From Octopus vulgaris (lineage: Eukaryota): a stretch of 64,000 nt of DNA. A program made the translations under genes and the position numbers. Shown here one piece after another: positions 1 to 13,586 of this stretch; position 1 is the stretch's first letter; each line of letters starts with the position of its first letter. The stretch is taken from NCBI GenBank assembly GCA_951406725.2, contig OX597821.1, positions 28,520,001-28,584,000 on the forward strand, written 5' to 3'. The notes below the pieces were generated by a model that saw only the letters and a program-made list of their open reading frames with translations, was not told the DNA's origin and ran no database searches.

Positions 1-2122
1 ATCTTAATTCCCAAATCAAATGAAACAACAAAACCAGAAAACTACAGACCAATAACCTGCCTCCCTACTATGTTCAAGGCATTTACTGCAGTGATATCGC
101 AAAGGCTGAACAAGCACCTGGACGAAAACAAACTGTTCCCAGAAGAGCAGAAAGGATGCCGCAAAGGCTCATATGGCTGTAAAGATCAACTAATGATTAA
201 TAAAGCCATAACTGAAGACAGCCACAGAAAGAAGAAAGGCCTCAGTATGGCCTGGATTGATTACAAAAAGGCGTTTGATAGCATCCCCCACACATGGATC
301 CTCGAAACACTAGCCATTAACAAAGTAGCACCAACAATCATAAAATTCATAGAGCACTCTATGAATAAATGGCAAACAGTCCTACACCTCCAAACAAAAG
401 AGGGACTCATGAAAACCAAAGACATCCCCATTAGAAGAGGAATATTCCAGGAGACACGCTCTCTCCACTCCTTTTCTGCTTGGCACTGTCACCTCTATCT
501 GATATGCTAAATAGAACTGGATGCGGATATAAATGTTACGGCAAAACGATCAGCCACCTTTTATATATGGATGACCTAAAACTATACGCTGCAAATGACA
601 AACAGCTGGAAACACTATTAAAGACAGTTCATGGATTTACCAAAGAAATAGATATGAAATTTGGATTAGAAAAATGCGCCAAAGTAACCATGAAAAGAGG
701 AAAACTAGTTAAGAGTAACAACATCACCATAGATAAAACCAATGAAATAAAAGAATTAGACCAAAGCCAAACTTACAAATACTTAGGAATCCATGAACTA
801 GACAAGACACAACACACACAAATGAAAGAAAATAAAAAAGAATATTATAGACGAGTTAGATCAATACTAAAAACAGAGCTCAATGCTAAAAACAAGATAA
901 TAGGTATCAACACTTTAGCTGTCCCAGTTATAAGTTACAGCTACAATATCCTTAACTGGACACGAAATGAACTGTCCAAAATAGATAGGAAAACAAGAAA
1001 AATACTGACAGGATCTAGGATGCATCACCCAAAATCTGACATAGAAAGACTATATATACAACGTATAGAAGGTGGTAGAGGCCTTATACAGCTGGAGAAC
1101 TACTATAAAATAACCACCATAGGACTGCAAAAATACCTACTTCAGAAGGAAGGACAACTGATCCAGATAGCAGCAAAACACGAGCAAAACAAAAAATTGT
1201 TCTCAGTATTTAAGGAAGCTGACAAATACAAACAAGAAATCATACCACCTAATAAACACAAAGAAGAAGAAGAAGATGATGAAGAAACAACAAAAGCTAT
1301 AAAACAAATGAAATCCAAACTAAAAATAGAACAGCAACGAGCCATGATAAAACGATGGCAAGAAAAACCCCTTCATGGTAAATACTGCACTAAACTAAAC
1401 GCAAAAGAAATAGACAAAGAAAAATCCCAGCAATGGTTGAGAAGCTCAGGATTCAAAGCAGAAACAGAGGGATTTTTAATTGCAGCACAAGACCAAAGCC
1501 TCCCCACCAGAAATTACCAAAAACATGTAATGAAAAGAAATATAACAAGTAACTGCAGAATATGTGGAGATGGACAAGAAACAATAAATCATATTATCTC
1601 TAGCTGCCCAGTCCTGGCTAAGAAGGAATATATTCACAGACATGACAGAGTTGGAACCTACATACACTGGAAGCTATGCCAACATTATGGAATAACAACA
1701 GAAAAAAGATGGTATAGGCACACACCAGAAAAGGTAACAGAAGACGAGAAAGCAACCATACTCTGGGATATGCCGATACACACAGATAGAGAAATTAAAG
1801 CCAACAGACCAGATATAGTTGTCAGAGATCATGAAGAAAAAAATGCTTTCTAATTGATGTATCAATACCGGCAGATGACAACGTGTCTCTAAAAGAAATG
1901 GAGAAACTCTCAAAATACAAAGACCTGGAAATAGAGGTAACTAGAATGTGGAACCTGAAAACAGAAACAATTCCTATCATAGTAGGTGCATTAGGCATGA
2001 TAAAAAAATATTCAGACAAATACATAACAAAAACACCAGGACTTACAAACACATATAACATACAGAAAATTGCACTACTAGGCACTGCACACATCCTACG
2101 CAGAACACTTTCCATACAATAA
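1..2122 (+). pseudogene. RT + zinc knuckle + RLE ORF of the Dong/R4 element, frameshifted near 450 and near 1840
   Basis: ORF track 70-510, 480-1853 and 1883-2122 are consecutive pieces of one R4-type protein. Both shifts fall in short homopolymer runs. Confidence 0.9.
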
Positions 2123-2216
2123 CCATCAGAGCATCACAACAAATCACAGCACATACCCAAGGCACACAGAGCTGCGCTCGGTAGTGAAGTGAAAGCACGC
2201 TATAAAAATAAAACTA

Positions 2217-2220
<4 letters not shown>
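1..2220 (+). mobile_element. Dong/R4-clade non-LTR retrotransposon with restriction-like endonuclease (3' portion, runs off the window 5' end); young copy
   Basis: Three ORFs joined by two frameshifts give RT motifs (ENYRPITCL, EEQKGC, WIDYKKAFDS, GIFQ/GD.LSP, YMDDLK, YKYLG). These are followed by a CCHC knuckle (CRICGDGQETINHIISSC), RHD, RPDIV..D, KYKDL and QKIALLGTAHILR. A ~100 nt 3'UTR precedes the (TAA)n tail. Confidence 0.95.
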
Positions 2221-2302
<82 letters not shown>

Positions 2303-2324
2303 TAATAATAATAATAATAATAAT
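2220..2324 (+). repeat. (TAA)n tail/target array of the Dong/R4 element
   Basis: Near-pure TAA run directly after ...AAACTACTG. Confidence 0.95.
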
Positions 2325-2399
2325 CATGCCACAGTACTGCTATTATTAGGGTAAGAAAGTCAGACTTGTGTAGGATGGAAGTTTGCAAAGATAAAGCAT

Positions 2400-3063
2400 T
2401 TTACAAACACTTGAGAATGAATGAAACTGAAAATAGGTGGATAAAGAATATAATGCATGGACAATTTCATAGGGATGTTGATGATAACACAGATAGAGTA
2501 AAAAGATGATTATGGTTGACTAAAAGGAGGATGTAACTGTGCTGCCCAAGAGCAAGTATTAAGGACCAATTATATCAAATACAGAATAGACAATACATCA
2601 GAGAATAGGAAACCAGGCATAATGTTAATTGAGAAAGGAAGCAAATGATGCTGGATCATAGATATAGCATGCCCACCCCACAACAAGAATGCGATAAGGA
2701 AGAGATAAAGTCGATAGATATAACAGGTTAGCTTCGGATGTTACGCGTTTGCGGTCGCTGAAAAAGGTGGCAGTAGTACCAATAATTGTCGGACCCCTAG
2801 GAACAGTGAGTAAAAATCTTGAAAAGTACATGGAACACATAGGGGCTGGAATAAGTGTGGAGATCATGCAGAAAACAGCACTCCTTGGAACCGCTAGGAG
2901 ACTCCGGATGGTGCTCGAAAAATAATGGGTGTTACCTTAGTTCACTGGTAGTGAACAACTGAAAAACTGGAGTACATCTCCAGCGTTAGAAGCTGTGCAA
3001 AGGCAATGAAATAATAACAACCACATCAATAATAATAATAACAATAATAATGATGATGATGAT
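2400..3063 (+). mobile_element. Older, degraded Dong/R4-like LINE 3' fragment (different subfamily) with AAT/GAT tail
   Basis: Translated pieces HGQFHRD, AQEQVLRTNYIK, VVPIIVGPLGTV and MQKTALLGTARRLR parallel the C-terminus of the element at 1-2122. Confidence 0.75.
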
Positions 3064-3065
3064 AG

Positions 3066-3271
3066 CCTTTCCTACTATAGGCACAGGGCCTGATATTTGT
3101 GAGGAGGGGACTAGTCGATTACATCGATCCCAGTGTTTCACTGGTGCTTAACTTTTCCACCTCGAAACGATGAAAGGCAAAATTGACCTCGGCAGAATTT
3201 GAACTCAGAACATAGAAACGAAATACATCTAAGCATTTCGCTCGGCATGTTAACGATTCTGCCAGGTCGCC
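3066..3271 (-). mobile_element. tRNA-derived SINE, family B (Meta-like central domain, ATT-type tail)
   Basis: Minus strand reads GGCGACCTGGCAGAATCGTTA...GAGTTCAAATTC...TTTGCCTTTCATCG. Homologous to 47053-47465. Confidence 0.85.
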
Positions 3272-3332
<61 letters not shown>

Positions 3333-3334
<2 letters not shown>

Positions 3335-3851
3335 GAAAAAAGTTGGTATAGGCACACACCAGAAAAGGTCACAGAAAACGAGAAAGCAACCATACTATGG
3401 GATATGCCAATACACACAGATAAAGAAATTAAAGCCTACAGACCAGATATAGTTGTCAGAGATCATGAAGAAAAGAAATGTTTTCTAATTGATGTATCAA
3501 TACCAGCAGATGACAACCTGTCTCTAAAAGAAATGGAGAAACTTTCAAAATACAAAGACCTGGAAATAGTGGTAAGAATGTGGAATCTAAAAACAGAAAC
3601 AATTCCTATCATAGTGGGTGCATTAGGCATGAAAAGAAAATATCCAGACAAATATATAGCAAAAACACCAGGACTTACAAACACATATGACATAAAGAAA
3701 ATTGCACTACTAGGTACTGCACACATCCTACGTAGAACACTTTCAATACAGTGTCCATCAGAGCATCACAACAAATCACAGCACATACCCAAGGCACACA
3801 GAGCTGCGCTCGGTAGTGAAGAGAAAGCACGTTATAAAAATAAAATTACTG
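3333..3851 (+). mobile_element. 5'-truncated Dong/R4 copy, same family as 1-2220, inserted in a TAA array
   Basis: Colinear with ~1697-2220; ORF 3404-3856 encodes the RLE C-terminus. TAA runs on both sides (3272-3332, 3852-3982). Confidence 0.95.
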
Positions 3852-3864
3852 AATGATGATGATG

Positions 3865-3983
<119 letters not shown>

Positions 3984-4100
3984 TTCTACTGGAAGCAAAA
4001 GTCCTGAAATTCGACGGAATTTGACTCAGAATTTGGAGACAGGGAAAGTGCCGCAAAGCATTCCGCCCGGCGTGCTAACGATTCAGCCAGCTCGAGGCCT
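3984..4100 (-). mobile_element. SINE family B fragment (degraded)
   Basis: AAGCATTCCGCCCGGCGTGCTAACGATTCAGCCAGCTC is the reverse complement of the family B head. Confidence 0.7.
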
Positions 4101-4175
4101 TAATGATAATCATGATGATGATGATGATAATAATAATATTAACAATAATACTACTACTACTACTACTACTACTAC

Positions 4176-4220
<45 letters not shown>

Positions 4221-4228
4221 TAGTAATT

Positions 4229-4263
<35 letters not shown>

Positions 4264-4270
4264 CGTAGTA

Positions 4271-4329
<59 letters not shown>

Positions 4330-4352
4330 AACAACAACAAGAGCAGTAATAT
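4101..4352 (+). repeat. Compound AAT/GAT/ACT microsatellite
   Basis: Seen directly in the sequence. Confidence 0.9.
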
Positions 4353-7044
4353 AATAAAATGTAAGCAGAGTAAATGGAGAACATAAAAGGACACAATAAA
4401 TACGCCTTATTTAATAAGGATCTCGGGAAAAGGAAGGCATCATCAGCAACATCTTGTACACGAACAACTACAACAATCGCAACAATAAACTTTGCAATAA
4501 CAAAAATTTCAATAACACAAACTTCAAACAAAAAATAATAATAAAATAAAACATTAACTTTCATGAACATGTGTATTTTGTAAGCAAAGCATTTACTGTT
4601 TCCATCAATTTGCTTCTAGCTTAATCGATAAATATGTAGAGATGTGTTTTTAGTTCGCTTTTCGTTCATTTTGCTGAAGGATATATACGTTATGTTTTTT
4701 TTCATCCACACAAAGTGAAATGCAATTACAAATATATATGTGGTTATGAGTGTATGTGCATCTCCACGTGAGTGTGTATGCCTGCATTAATACACATGAA
4801 AATATTTGTTCTACTGCATATTATATCAGTTATCTGTCTAAGTGGATACACATTTATCTATTTATTTATTTATCAAACTCTCTAACTACCTAACTATTTG
4901 CCTAACGATGTTTATATTGATCAATCTATTCAGCGAATGTCTACCTATTTCCTCATCTAGCTGCTTTCTTAAATCAATTCCTATCGCTACGGGAATATAT
5001 TTGTACTTTTCAATGTATTTCTGTATGTGTGCCCATGTATATATATACTTGTGTGTATGTGTGTGCGCGTGTACTAATTGTAGGGACACCCTAGTAAGTT
5101 ATGAAACCATAATTTACCACCAAGCTTATTAAAGGTTTTATAAGTCAATACTGTATCCAACCGTGTTAGCAGTACTATTAGATACCTTTTTGTGGTTATC
5201 TCTACACATTTTCTACAGAAATTGTAGCCAGCACTGATCCGTTACAATGTTTCCTAACCGTTTTAAATCTAAGTAGACACTTTGTAGAACACCGTTTAAA
5301 GCCCGTTCTCTGTACTCAACAATATGGGTGCAAGTCCCACTGAATTTACTTCAGGAATTCTTTCTTGTCCGTGAAGTTTATAAAATATGAGAGAAAGAAA
5401 GTGGAATTCACGAGACTCTTTATCATTCACTACGATCGTATCGCTCTATCGTGCACCGTTGCCCCAGGGGTGCTCTGCTGTACCAACAGTTGTATTGCGT
5501 TATAGCTGCAGTATGTCTCGTTAGACGTCTTGACACAAGGTACCTCGATTTTTAATCTCTTTTTCATGTATTTCGATTACTATACATGTTGGTAGGTATA
5601 GTTTGTTACCCATGTCTGTATGTGTGTGCATGTGTGTATGTGTAGTGTTTCTATCTTACCTGTTGATTCTATGTCTAGGTATATCTATCAGGTATACACG
5701 CGCAGATACAGACACAACATGCCCGCGCACGCGCATACACACACGTATGAATATGTATACATGATGGATTCTCATAATGCTTTCAATGCTTGACATTCGA
5801 TCCTTACGTTCGATCCTGAGAACATGTCACATTGAATTGACGAAGGAAGTGACCTAGCATTCTTTAGGCACAAGTCCTTAACCAAAAATCTCAGGCACAA
5901 ACAGTTTGACACCAGTGTGACAGCAGTTGACAAGGATGGACCTTAATACAACAGATACAGTGTATCCGACGACCGTCTACAATGTTTCCTGCAACTCGAA
6001 GTCAATCAAAGCATTTTGTTTTTCCGTAGGGTACGTAAATATAGAAACCCAGGCAGTATGCTTCTGAGGAAAGCTTTTACCCTACACACACGTGTTTGTC
6101 AATGCAGGCTTTATATGTATACACGTGCATAGTTTGATACATTGCAGACATACACCTGTTCCATAGATGAATGTTTAAAGCGGTGAGTACATCAATACAT
6201 ATGTGTATGTGTGTTTGTGTATGTGTATGACTTTGAAATCTGAAGCTTTGCCAATAGATACCACATGTTTGTCATTTGTGATATTAGTTCCACAATAAAC
6301 ATTGTAGTATAAAACATATGTTTAAAGAGGATATAATGCAAATATTTGTAGAAGGCATGATTTCATAAGCAACTTTCTGATTTCTGAATAGTAATAATTA
6401 TCTCGTAATTAAATGTACGAATTTCGATCTTAATTGTTTTCATCGGTGAAATCAATATGAAATAGATTCCCTCTCTTACAAAAAATAATTAATCGATTCA
6501 GGACAAACATGCATCTGAATAAAATGATTCATACGCAACGTTTATATAACATTGGATTTGTTATTAAACGTGTGTCTTTGTTCGTCAGTCAATCCAGCTT
6601 GAAAGTAATGAACAGAAGTTAGCGATGAATCAGATACATGCTCCGTCGTCTAACATGTGCGCAAATACAACGTAAGGCTGCAGGTGAAACTATGAAAAAG
6701 TGAGGTTTTATCTTATCTTTTCCAAACAGTAATATCTTGCCTGTTATCTTTACTGAATGGGAAAAAATAAAAATAAAAATGGTGCGTACCGCTACAATAA
6801 ATAACAAGTCCCAAAATGTATGCATTAATACAAAAAGGAAAAACCGGAAAATTTCGACACGTGAGAGAACGTTGCTAATTCCTCGTCAGTTCCGGTTGAA
6901 AAGATCCTTACAATGTCACGCCTTTCAAAGTAATGCTGTTCACTTTTGATGTCATCGAAAGTAAGAAGCTGCTGGGTGTACAGATTGGAAGGTTGGTGAC
7001 AGCAATGAAAGGAACACTACAGAAACATGAATATTAAGTATTAA

Positions 7045-7119
<75 letters not shown>

Positions 7120-7124
7120 CATAG

Positions 7125-7186
<62 letters not shown>

Positions 7187-7329
7187 TATACAAGCAAAAT
7201 AAGTCCGTGCGGCTCTAAGACAAGACGAATATATGGGTAACCAAAGGATAGGAAAATGTCCTATGGGACTGGAAACTAAAAAGGGAACATACGGAAAACT
7301 AGAATGAAACGCGAAAAAATACAGAACAT

Positions 7330-7500
7330 CGACCCGCCCCCCTGCAAAAGCTACTGGTTCTGTAAAAGACACCGATAGATTAAGTACTAGGCTTACAAAG
7401 AATATGATCTGGGATCACTTTCTTCTACTGAAAAGCCTTGAAAAGGCGGTGCTCCTGTATTGCCGCAGTCAAATGACTTAAACAAGTAAAAGAATAAAAG
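7330..7500 (+). mobile_element. SINE family A 3' half
   Basis: TAAGTACTAGGCTTACAAAGAAT...GGCGGTGCTCC...CAAATGACT.AAACAAGTAAAAG matches 9835-9954. Confidence 0.75.
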
Positions 7501-8564
7501 CAGATTGGAAGTAGAGAAGGAGAGAGAAACGTGACTAATCGAGTCAGAAATCAAACCAAAAAGGAAATGAAAGTTATGCGGATGGTCACGTGGTAGTGGG
7601 AGGAAGAAAATGTTATGGAGTACAGAGAGACAGAAAGCAATAGAAAAGGAAATCTGTAAGAGAGGGAAGGAGGTAGAGAGAGAATGAAAGGTAAAATAGA
7701 GAGAAAGAGTGACAGAAATAGTCATTGTACAAAAAATATTCAACTAAATGGTAAAAATAAGAAGCATTAATCAAATGAAAAGTTCTAAAAGTGAACGTGT
7801 AACCCGATATGGGAATAAACGGAAAATCCACACACGAGACGGGATGTTACTAATTGCTCAACCTATGTTTTGGTGGGAATATTCCGTCAGTATACCTTAC
7901 GTTGTAATTGTTTTCAATATAAGGGGAATGTCTACATTTATTGCAGGACAGTCTCTTCCTCGAAATGGTATTGTTTATTGATTTTGCGACAACATCGTGT
8001 TCCAAAGGAAGATAATAACTACTTGTAATTTTTGGAAATTGCTAATTCCATGTTTGATATCTTCAAAAAATATATGTCATATTTTGCGCTTACGGTTTAC
8101 GGTTGCATATATATACTACAGTGGAGAAAGGTGCTTATTAATTATGTATGTAAGAATTACTAAAAGTACTAAAAGAAAGCAATATTAATGTCTGGAAATA
8201 TTGTTATTAATTCATGTTCTAAGAAATTTCAGATAATTTCGATTCATGAAGTTTGATGAATTTTTAAATTCCAAATTCTCGCCAATTTAAATATTCCTTG
8301 CATTCCCTGCGTCCAATTCTTCATAAATTTTAATATCCGTTGAATTCACTGTAGAGTAGATGTTAATGTTTAGTATACAATATTAATTCGTTGCAGGCGA
8401 CATTTTACGTTATTTGCAACAGATCTCACTCTCACTCGCTTGTATTCTTATTAATGATGATTGAATAATAGCGCTAGAACTTTGATACTAGGCACAATTT
8501 CAAGAATATTATCAGATTTGTTAAATGAATATTTATGATAAGTTGAAAATTCTTTAATATACCG

Positions 8565-8622
<58 letters not shown>

Positions 8623-8654
8623 CTGCATAAGAAGTTATCTGTATTTTAGTTATA

Positions 8655-8811
8655 CCTGTGTGGTAGGAAGGTTGCTTGACAATCACATTGACCCGGCTTC
8701 AGTACCACTGCGTAGCGCCTTGGGTAAGTGTGTTCATCTATTATAGCCTCGGGCCGACAAAAGCTTTGTGAGTGGATTTGGTAAGCAGAAACCGAAAGAA
8801 ACCCGCCGTAC

Positions 8812-8848
<37 letters not shown>

Positions 8849-8925
8849 CATATATAAGCATGTATGTGTTTATGTGTGTCCGTGTGTCTGTTTTCGTCCC
8901 CCGGCACATGCTTCACAACCGATAT
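8655..8925 (+). mobile_element. SINE family A (CORE-like) 5' part with internal TA/TG microsatellite
   Basis: Homologous to 9546-9790. Confidence 0.8.
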
Positions 8926-8959
8926 CAGGATCTCTGGTAAGCTAAAAATATAAAGAAGT

Positions 8960-9470
8960 TCAGATACATTTGATAATCAAAGTCTGTACACAGTCGATTT
9001 CATCAACAAACTTACATCATCAGGGTTTCCACAAACACATTCTCGAGCAGAATAAAAAATTCTGTATAATGCTTTTGAGAAATTTAGATGCTACTAATGG
9101 ACATTATAATGACACACGCTATATCATTGTGTCAGTTTATATGATCAAGTTATTGAGGCCGAGGTTGTTTTGGGTCCTTATGTAGGATCAGCTCTGCTAA
9201 TCCCAAGAGTACGACATCTCTCTCAAGAAATGGAATTTCAATTCACATTTACACGCAAACAATTTCCAGCTTCTGCCTTGATGTGCAGCAATGCATAGGG
9301 ACAGACTTTTGAACAAATTGGAACCTATCTTCGGACACAATTCTTTTCACAATGTCGTCTGTCTGTTGCATTATACAGAGTTCAAAAGAAGGCTAATGTA
9401 AAAATATTGGCGGAGAGAAATAGAAACCCTATGATTACTGACAATTATGTCTACAATGAGATACTAATTT
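8960..9470 (+). mobile_element. Helitron PIF1-like helicase C-terminal remnant
   Basis: Translated pieces IMLLRNLDATNGHYNDTRY, FTRKQFP, GQTFEQIGTYL...FFS...L.VAL.RV and N.VYNEIL match the Helitron helicase C-terminal motifs (MLLRNL..NGTR, R.QFP, QGQT, FSHGQLYVA.SRV, N.VY.E.L). Confidence 0.8.
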
Positions 9471-9545
9471 AAAGCAAAATATGCTTTGTAGCAAGTTTCT
9501 GTAAATAGAAGTAACACATAAATTATATATATAAAATAACATATA

Positions 9546-9954
9546 AGCGCAGGAGGAGCTGTGTAGTAAGTAGCTTGCTTACCAGCCACATGGTTCCGGG
9601 TTCATTCCCACTGCGTGGCACCTTGGGCAAGTGTCTTCTTCTATAGCCTCGGGCCAACCAAAGTCTTGTCAGTGGATTTGGTAGACGGAAACTGGAAGAA
9701 GTCCGTCGTATATATGTATATATTTGTATGTATGTATATGTTTGTGTGTCTGTGTTTGTTCCCCACCCTTGCTTGACAACCGATGCTGGTGTGTTTACGT
9801 CCCCGTAACGTAGCGGTTCTGCAAAAGATAATGATAGAATAAATACTAGCTTTACAAAGAATAAGTCCTGGGGTCGATTTACCTGACTAGAAGGCGGTGC
9901 TCCAGCATGGCTGCAGCCAAATGACTGAAACAAGTAAAAGAGAGTAAAGAGAGT
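9546..9954 (+). mobile_element. Full-length SINE family A (tRNA-like head, CORE-like domain, internal microsatellite, GTAAAAGA tail)
   Basis: A/B-box-like head (TGTGTAGTAAG...GGTTCATTCCC), CORE-like CACCTTGGGCAAGTGTCTT and a repeated 3' tail. Many copies in the window. Confidence 0.9.
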
Positions 9955-10494
9955 ATGTATTTGTGAGGAATTAAATTGTTTTTGGCATATTTCAACACAT
10001 GCCGGATGAATGATATCGTTATATTAAATCATTTTAAATTTGGGTATATTTGAAAAAATAATGAAACACCATTCCCATGTGTTCTCACAGCTCTCGACTT
10101 GTGTATGTGTGTGTGTGTGTGTGTGTGTATGTTTGTTTGTGTTTCCAACCATCCATCTATTTGTCTATCTATATAACTTCTACAAATTATTAATGATAAA
10201 TATATATAACAGATTGACTCAGCTATATAACAACATATAAATTTCTGTTATCTCAGTTAGTCAGTTAGTCACACTCTCCATAATAACCACATTATAGCTT
10301 TGACTCAGGAAATTTTTTATAAATTCCTCTGTTAATATGTATTGATACAAAGGCATTTTCGAAGCGTCTGGTTATTATTTACTATCACAAATTTAAATAT
10401 TTGTTGTCAAGTTTTACGTTCACTGCAGAGTAGGTTTTAGCATTTGATAAACAATATTAATGTTCTGGCAAAATTGTTCGTTCTCATTTGCAAT

Positions 10495-10612
<118 letters not shown>

Positions 10613-10969
10613 GGTTGTAATGGTATTCATTAATAATAAACTACTTAATATGTATTCATAGCAAGGTGTTCATTTCAAGTTTTATTTCGATATTCCAGAT
10701 GAGGAAATCATTTATTCTCTTGAATTAAATTCGCTGTGTAAACGCCCTCGATTTATTGTTTATACATACTGAAAATAAATTATACTAGACAACTTATTAA
10801 AACTTACTGAAGCTTCGAACTCTTGTGATATATTTTCCTTTCCATCGTTATCCAAGAATTAGCAAGTGAATTTGTTGCTATGGGTATTTGATACGCTGTA
10901 CGTTTTAAAATATATTTAAGTGATCGTTGCTATTTTTGGGCGCTTTAAACATAGTTGGACTACATATAC

Positions 10970-11047
<78 letters not shown>

Positions 11048-11950
11048 TAAAATTATAAATTAGGGTTTCTATGAGATACCACCATGCTGAAAATAGCAGC
11101 CATGATCTGACTCTAAAACAACTTTAATTGTCCATACATCAACACGAAGAGAAACCAAAGAGACAGGATGAAACTAGTATATATGCTACCTGAGACACCC
11201 GGTAACACCCAGGAGGGGGGGATATTCCCAATGGAATCGGAAAATGAGTGGAAAACTGCAAATATGTAATGAATGGAAGCATCAAGAAGGGTATTGTGAG
11301 GAAGTGGTGTGAAAAAAAAGGGCATGAAAGTTTGAAAAATAATCAAAAAAATATTTAGAGAAAAGAGATTTTATACTTACAAAAGCAGCCTGAGAGAAAA
11401 TTTTAAGTGTACATGCACATAATTTGATGACTGTTTTATGAGAATAGTTCCATTTATCGTGAGAATCAAATATCGAATGCAATAGTGACCGACAACTTTA
11501 AGTGTACGTGTTAAGAAAACACATGTTACATGTTTTAGCACACAATGCTGTAATTAAAAATCCTCTTATGCTTTCCTTAAGTGGGCTGGGTAAAAAATAT
11601 ATATTATTTTTGACACCTCCTTAGCGCATATTCCACATGAGTATAAAATTTCAAGAAAATCGGTTGAAAACTTTAAAAGTTATCACAGGAAATTTCATTC
11701 GTATGAGAAGTTGCAATGAAATGTCCTATTGAGTTTTGAAAAATCGATGCTGATTAAAGATTATCGACGTTTTTGAAATTCCAAGTGCGTAAGTGACCGC
11801 ATGGAAGTAAGCCCCACAGACGTATCGAGTTTAACCAAGATCTGTTCGATCGTGTAGGAGAACTTAAAGTAAGATTTTCTCAAACATACACGAAGAGCCA
11901 CAGGGAGAGAGAAATTGCCATTTATGTATATATGTATATATATATATATA

Positions 11951-12030
11951 GTTAATCCAAACATGAAAACACGAAGAGAGGACACAGCAACGCGAGGACG
12001 TAGAACAAATATAGTATTATTGGACACTCA
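11951..12030 (-). mobile_element. Fragment of the short repeat family that carries the hammerhead at 51544
   Basis: Reverse complement (AATACTATATTTGTTCTACGTCCTCGCGTTG...GGATTAAC) aligns with 51610-51688. Flanked by TA repeats. Confidence 0.6.
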
Positions 12031-12044
12031 TATACATATATATG

Positions 12045-12184
12045 TTTACAGTATTTATATTTGACGGATATGTGTCCTCATCTTGTTGTTAACATAACGT
12101 TTCCGCTGATATACCCTCCAGCCTTCATCAGGTGCCTTCGAGAAATTTTGAACCTGGGTTTTCATTCCTAAGGTATTTTTTGAT
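12045..12184 (-). mobile_element. Short hammerhead-bearing repeat (PLE pseudo-LTR-like); second copy at 52981-53122
   Basis: Minus strand reads GGCAC-CTGATGA-AGGCTG...CAGCG-GAAA-CG-TT-ATGTT. Both copies sit between (TA)n and (TTA)n. Confidence 0.7.
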
Positions 12185-12355
<171 letters not shown>

Positions 12356-12739
12356 TTTTTAAAAAGAAATAACGTAACTCTTCACATAGGTAAACAGTGA
12401 AGACGGAGAGCGCGATTCGATTGTAATATATCTTATTAGTTGAACAATAGTTCAACAGTATGTCTGAGTCTGTCAAGTTCAAAATAAGAAATGATAAACG
12501 TTCAAAATTACAGAAATCTAAACGTAAAGTATGAACGAGAGCAACTAGTGACCACACGTTGATAGAATTACACCATCAGTTCTTAAGTTACAATTTTATA
12601 ACAGGCGAAAAGAAAAAGAGAGAAAAAAAAAACAAAAGAAAGAAGACGACAGAAAAAATGGAAAGAAAAATATTTAATCAAACAGTTTTTTATAAATTTT
12701 ATGATATTCTCTTGTCATCTTATTCATTCCTTCAGCGCG

Positions 12740-13130
12740 TGATATTAATAATCGCAAACATATTTCTCCTCATACATTCTGAGAAGTGAGAGCGAAGCAG
12801 ATTTAGAATATTTTCTGAGAATATGCACTTTTAGGTCTTCTTGAAAATTGCAGCCGCTTGAAACGAAATGTTCAACAGGTTCTCTCGAACAATTGTTATT
12901 GTGCCTGACGTCGAATCTGTGCCCATTAAACCTTTTGTTTAATTGTTCTGTTGTGCAGTCAACATAAATTAAGTTGTGTTTCTAGCATTCTGCAGCGTAC
13001 ATCAAATGGGAATCTTTACATGTTCCACCTTCTGTATAAACCATAACATTTCTGTTATGATTTCTGATGGATTTCACTTCACTCATGTTGTTTTACAATG
13101 AACAGGGATTACCTCTCTTGCGGCTGTTCT
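12740..13130 (-). mobile_element. Penelope-like element GIY-YIG endonuclease remnant
   Basis: Minus-strand translation GGTCKDSHLMYAAEC*KHNLIYVDCTTEQLKQ..NGHRFDVR...PVEHF..SGCNFQEDLKVHIL fits the PLE endonuclease pattern (TC...NVIY...C..C...YVG.T...L..R...HR). Confidence 0.7.
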
Positions 13131-13523
13131 TTAAGGTACACAGTGTACATACTAACCATATCTATTTCCACGCTTTTAAGCTTTATTCCCATTCATCTAT
13201 CGTACAATATTTCTCCACTATTAATTTTCTGTTATTTTTTTCTTTCTCCTCCTTCTCTTTCTCTAAGTTGCCTTTGATTTTAAAACTATTAAAAATATAT
13301 ATTTTAAAAATATAACCTCTTCATCATAGACGCTGTAGTCACATTCAGTTAAATTGGCTTATTGATGCGTTTTGTTCCTTTTTTGTTCCTGACGAGATGA
13401 TTGCATTGTTTTACATCATTTTATTCCCATTGGAGTAATATCAATGTCTTTTTCGAAACATATGTCAGAAGTACAAAGATTTCAATAACACCTGCTTTTA
13501 ACTCCATTTCTTAATCCCTCCCC

Positions 13524-13584
<61 letters not shown>

Positions 13585-13586
<2 letters not shown>

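Noticed and set aside
12400-12445. Hammerhead-like spacing CTAATAA-GAT..ATC-GAAT-CGCGC-TC on the minus strand
   Set aside because: Three core mismatches and no convincing stem I.
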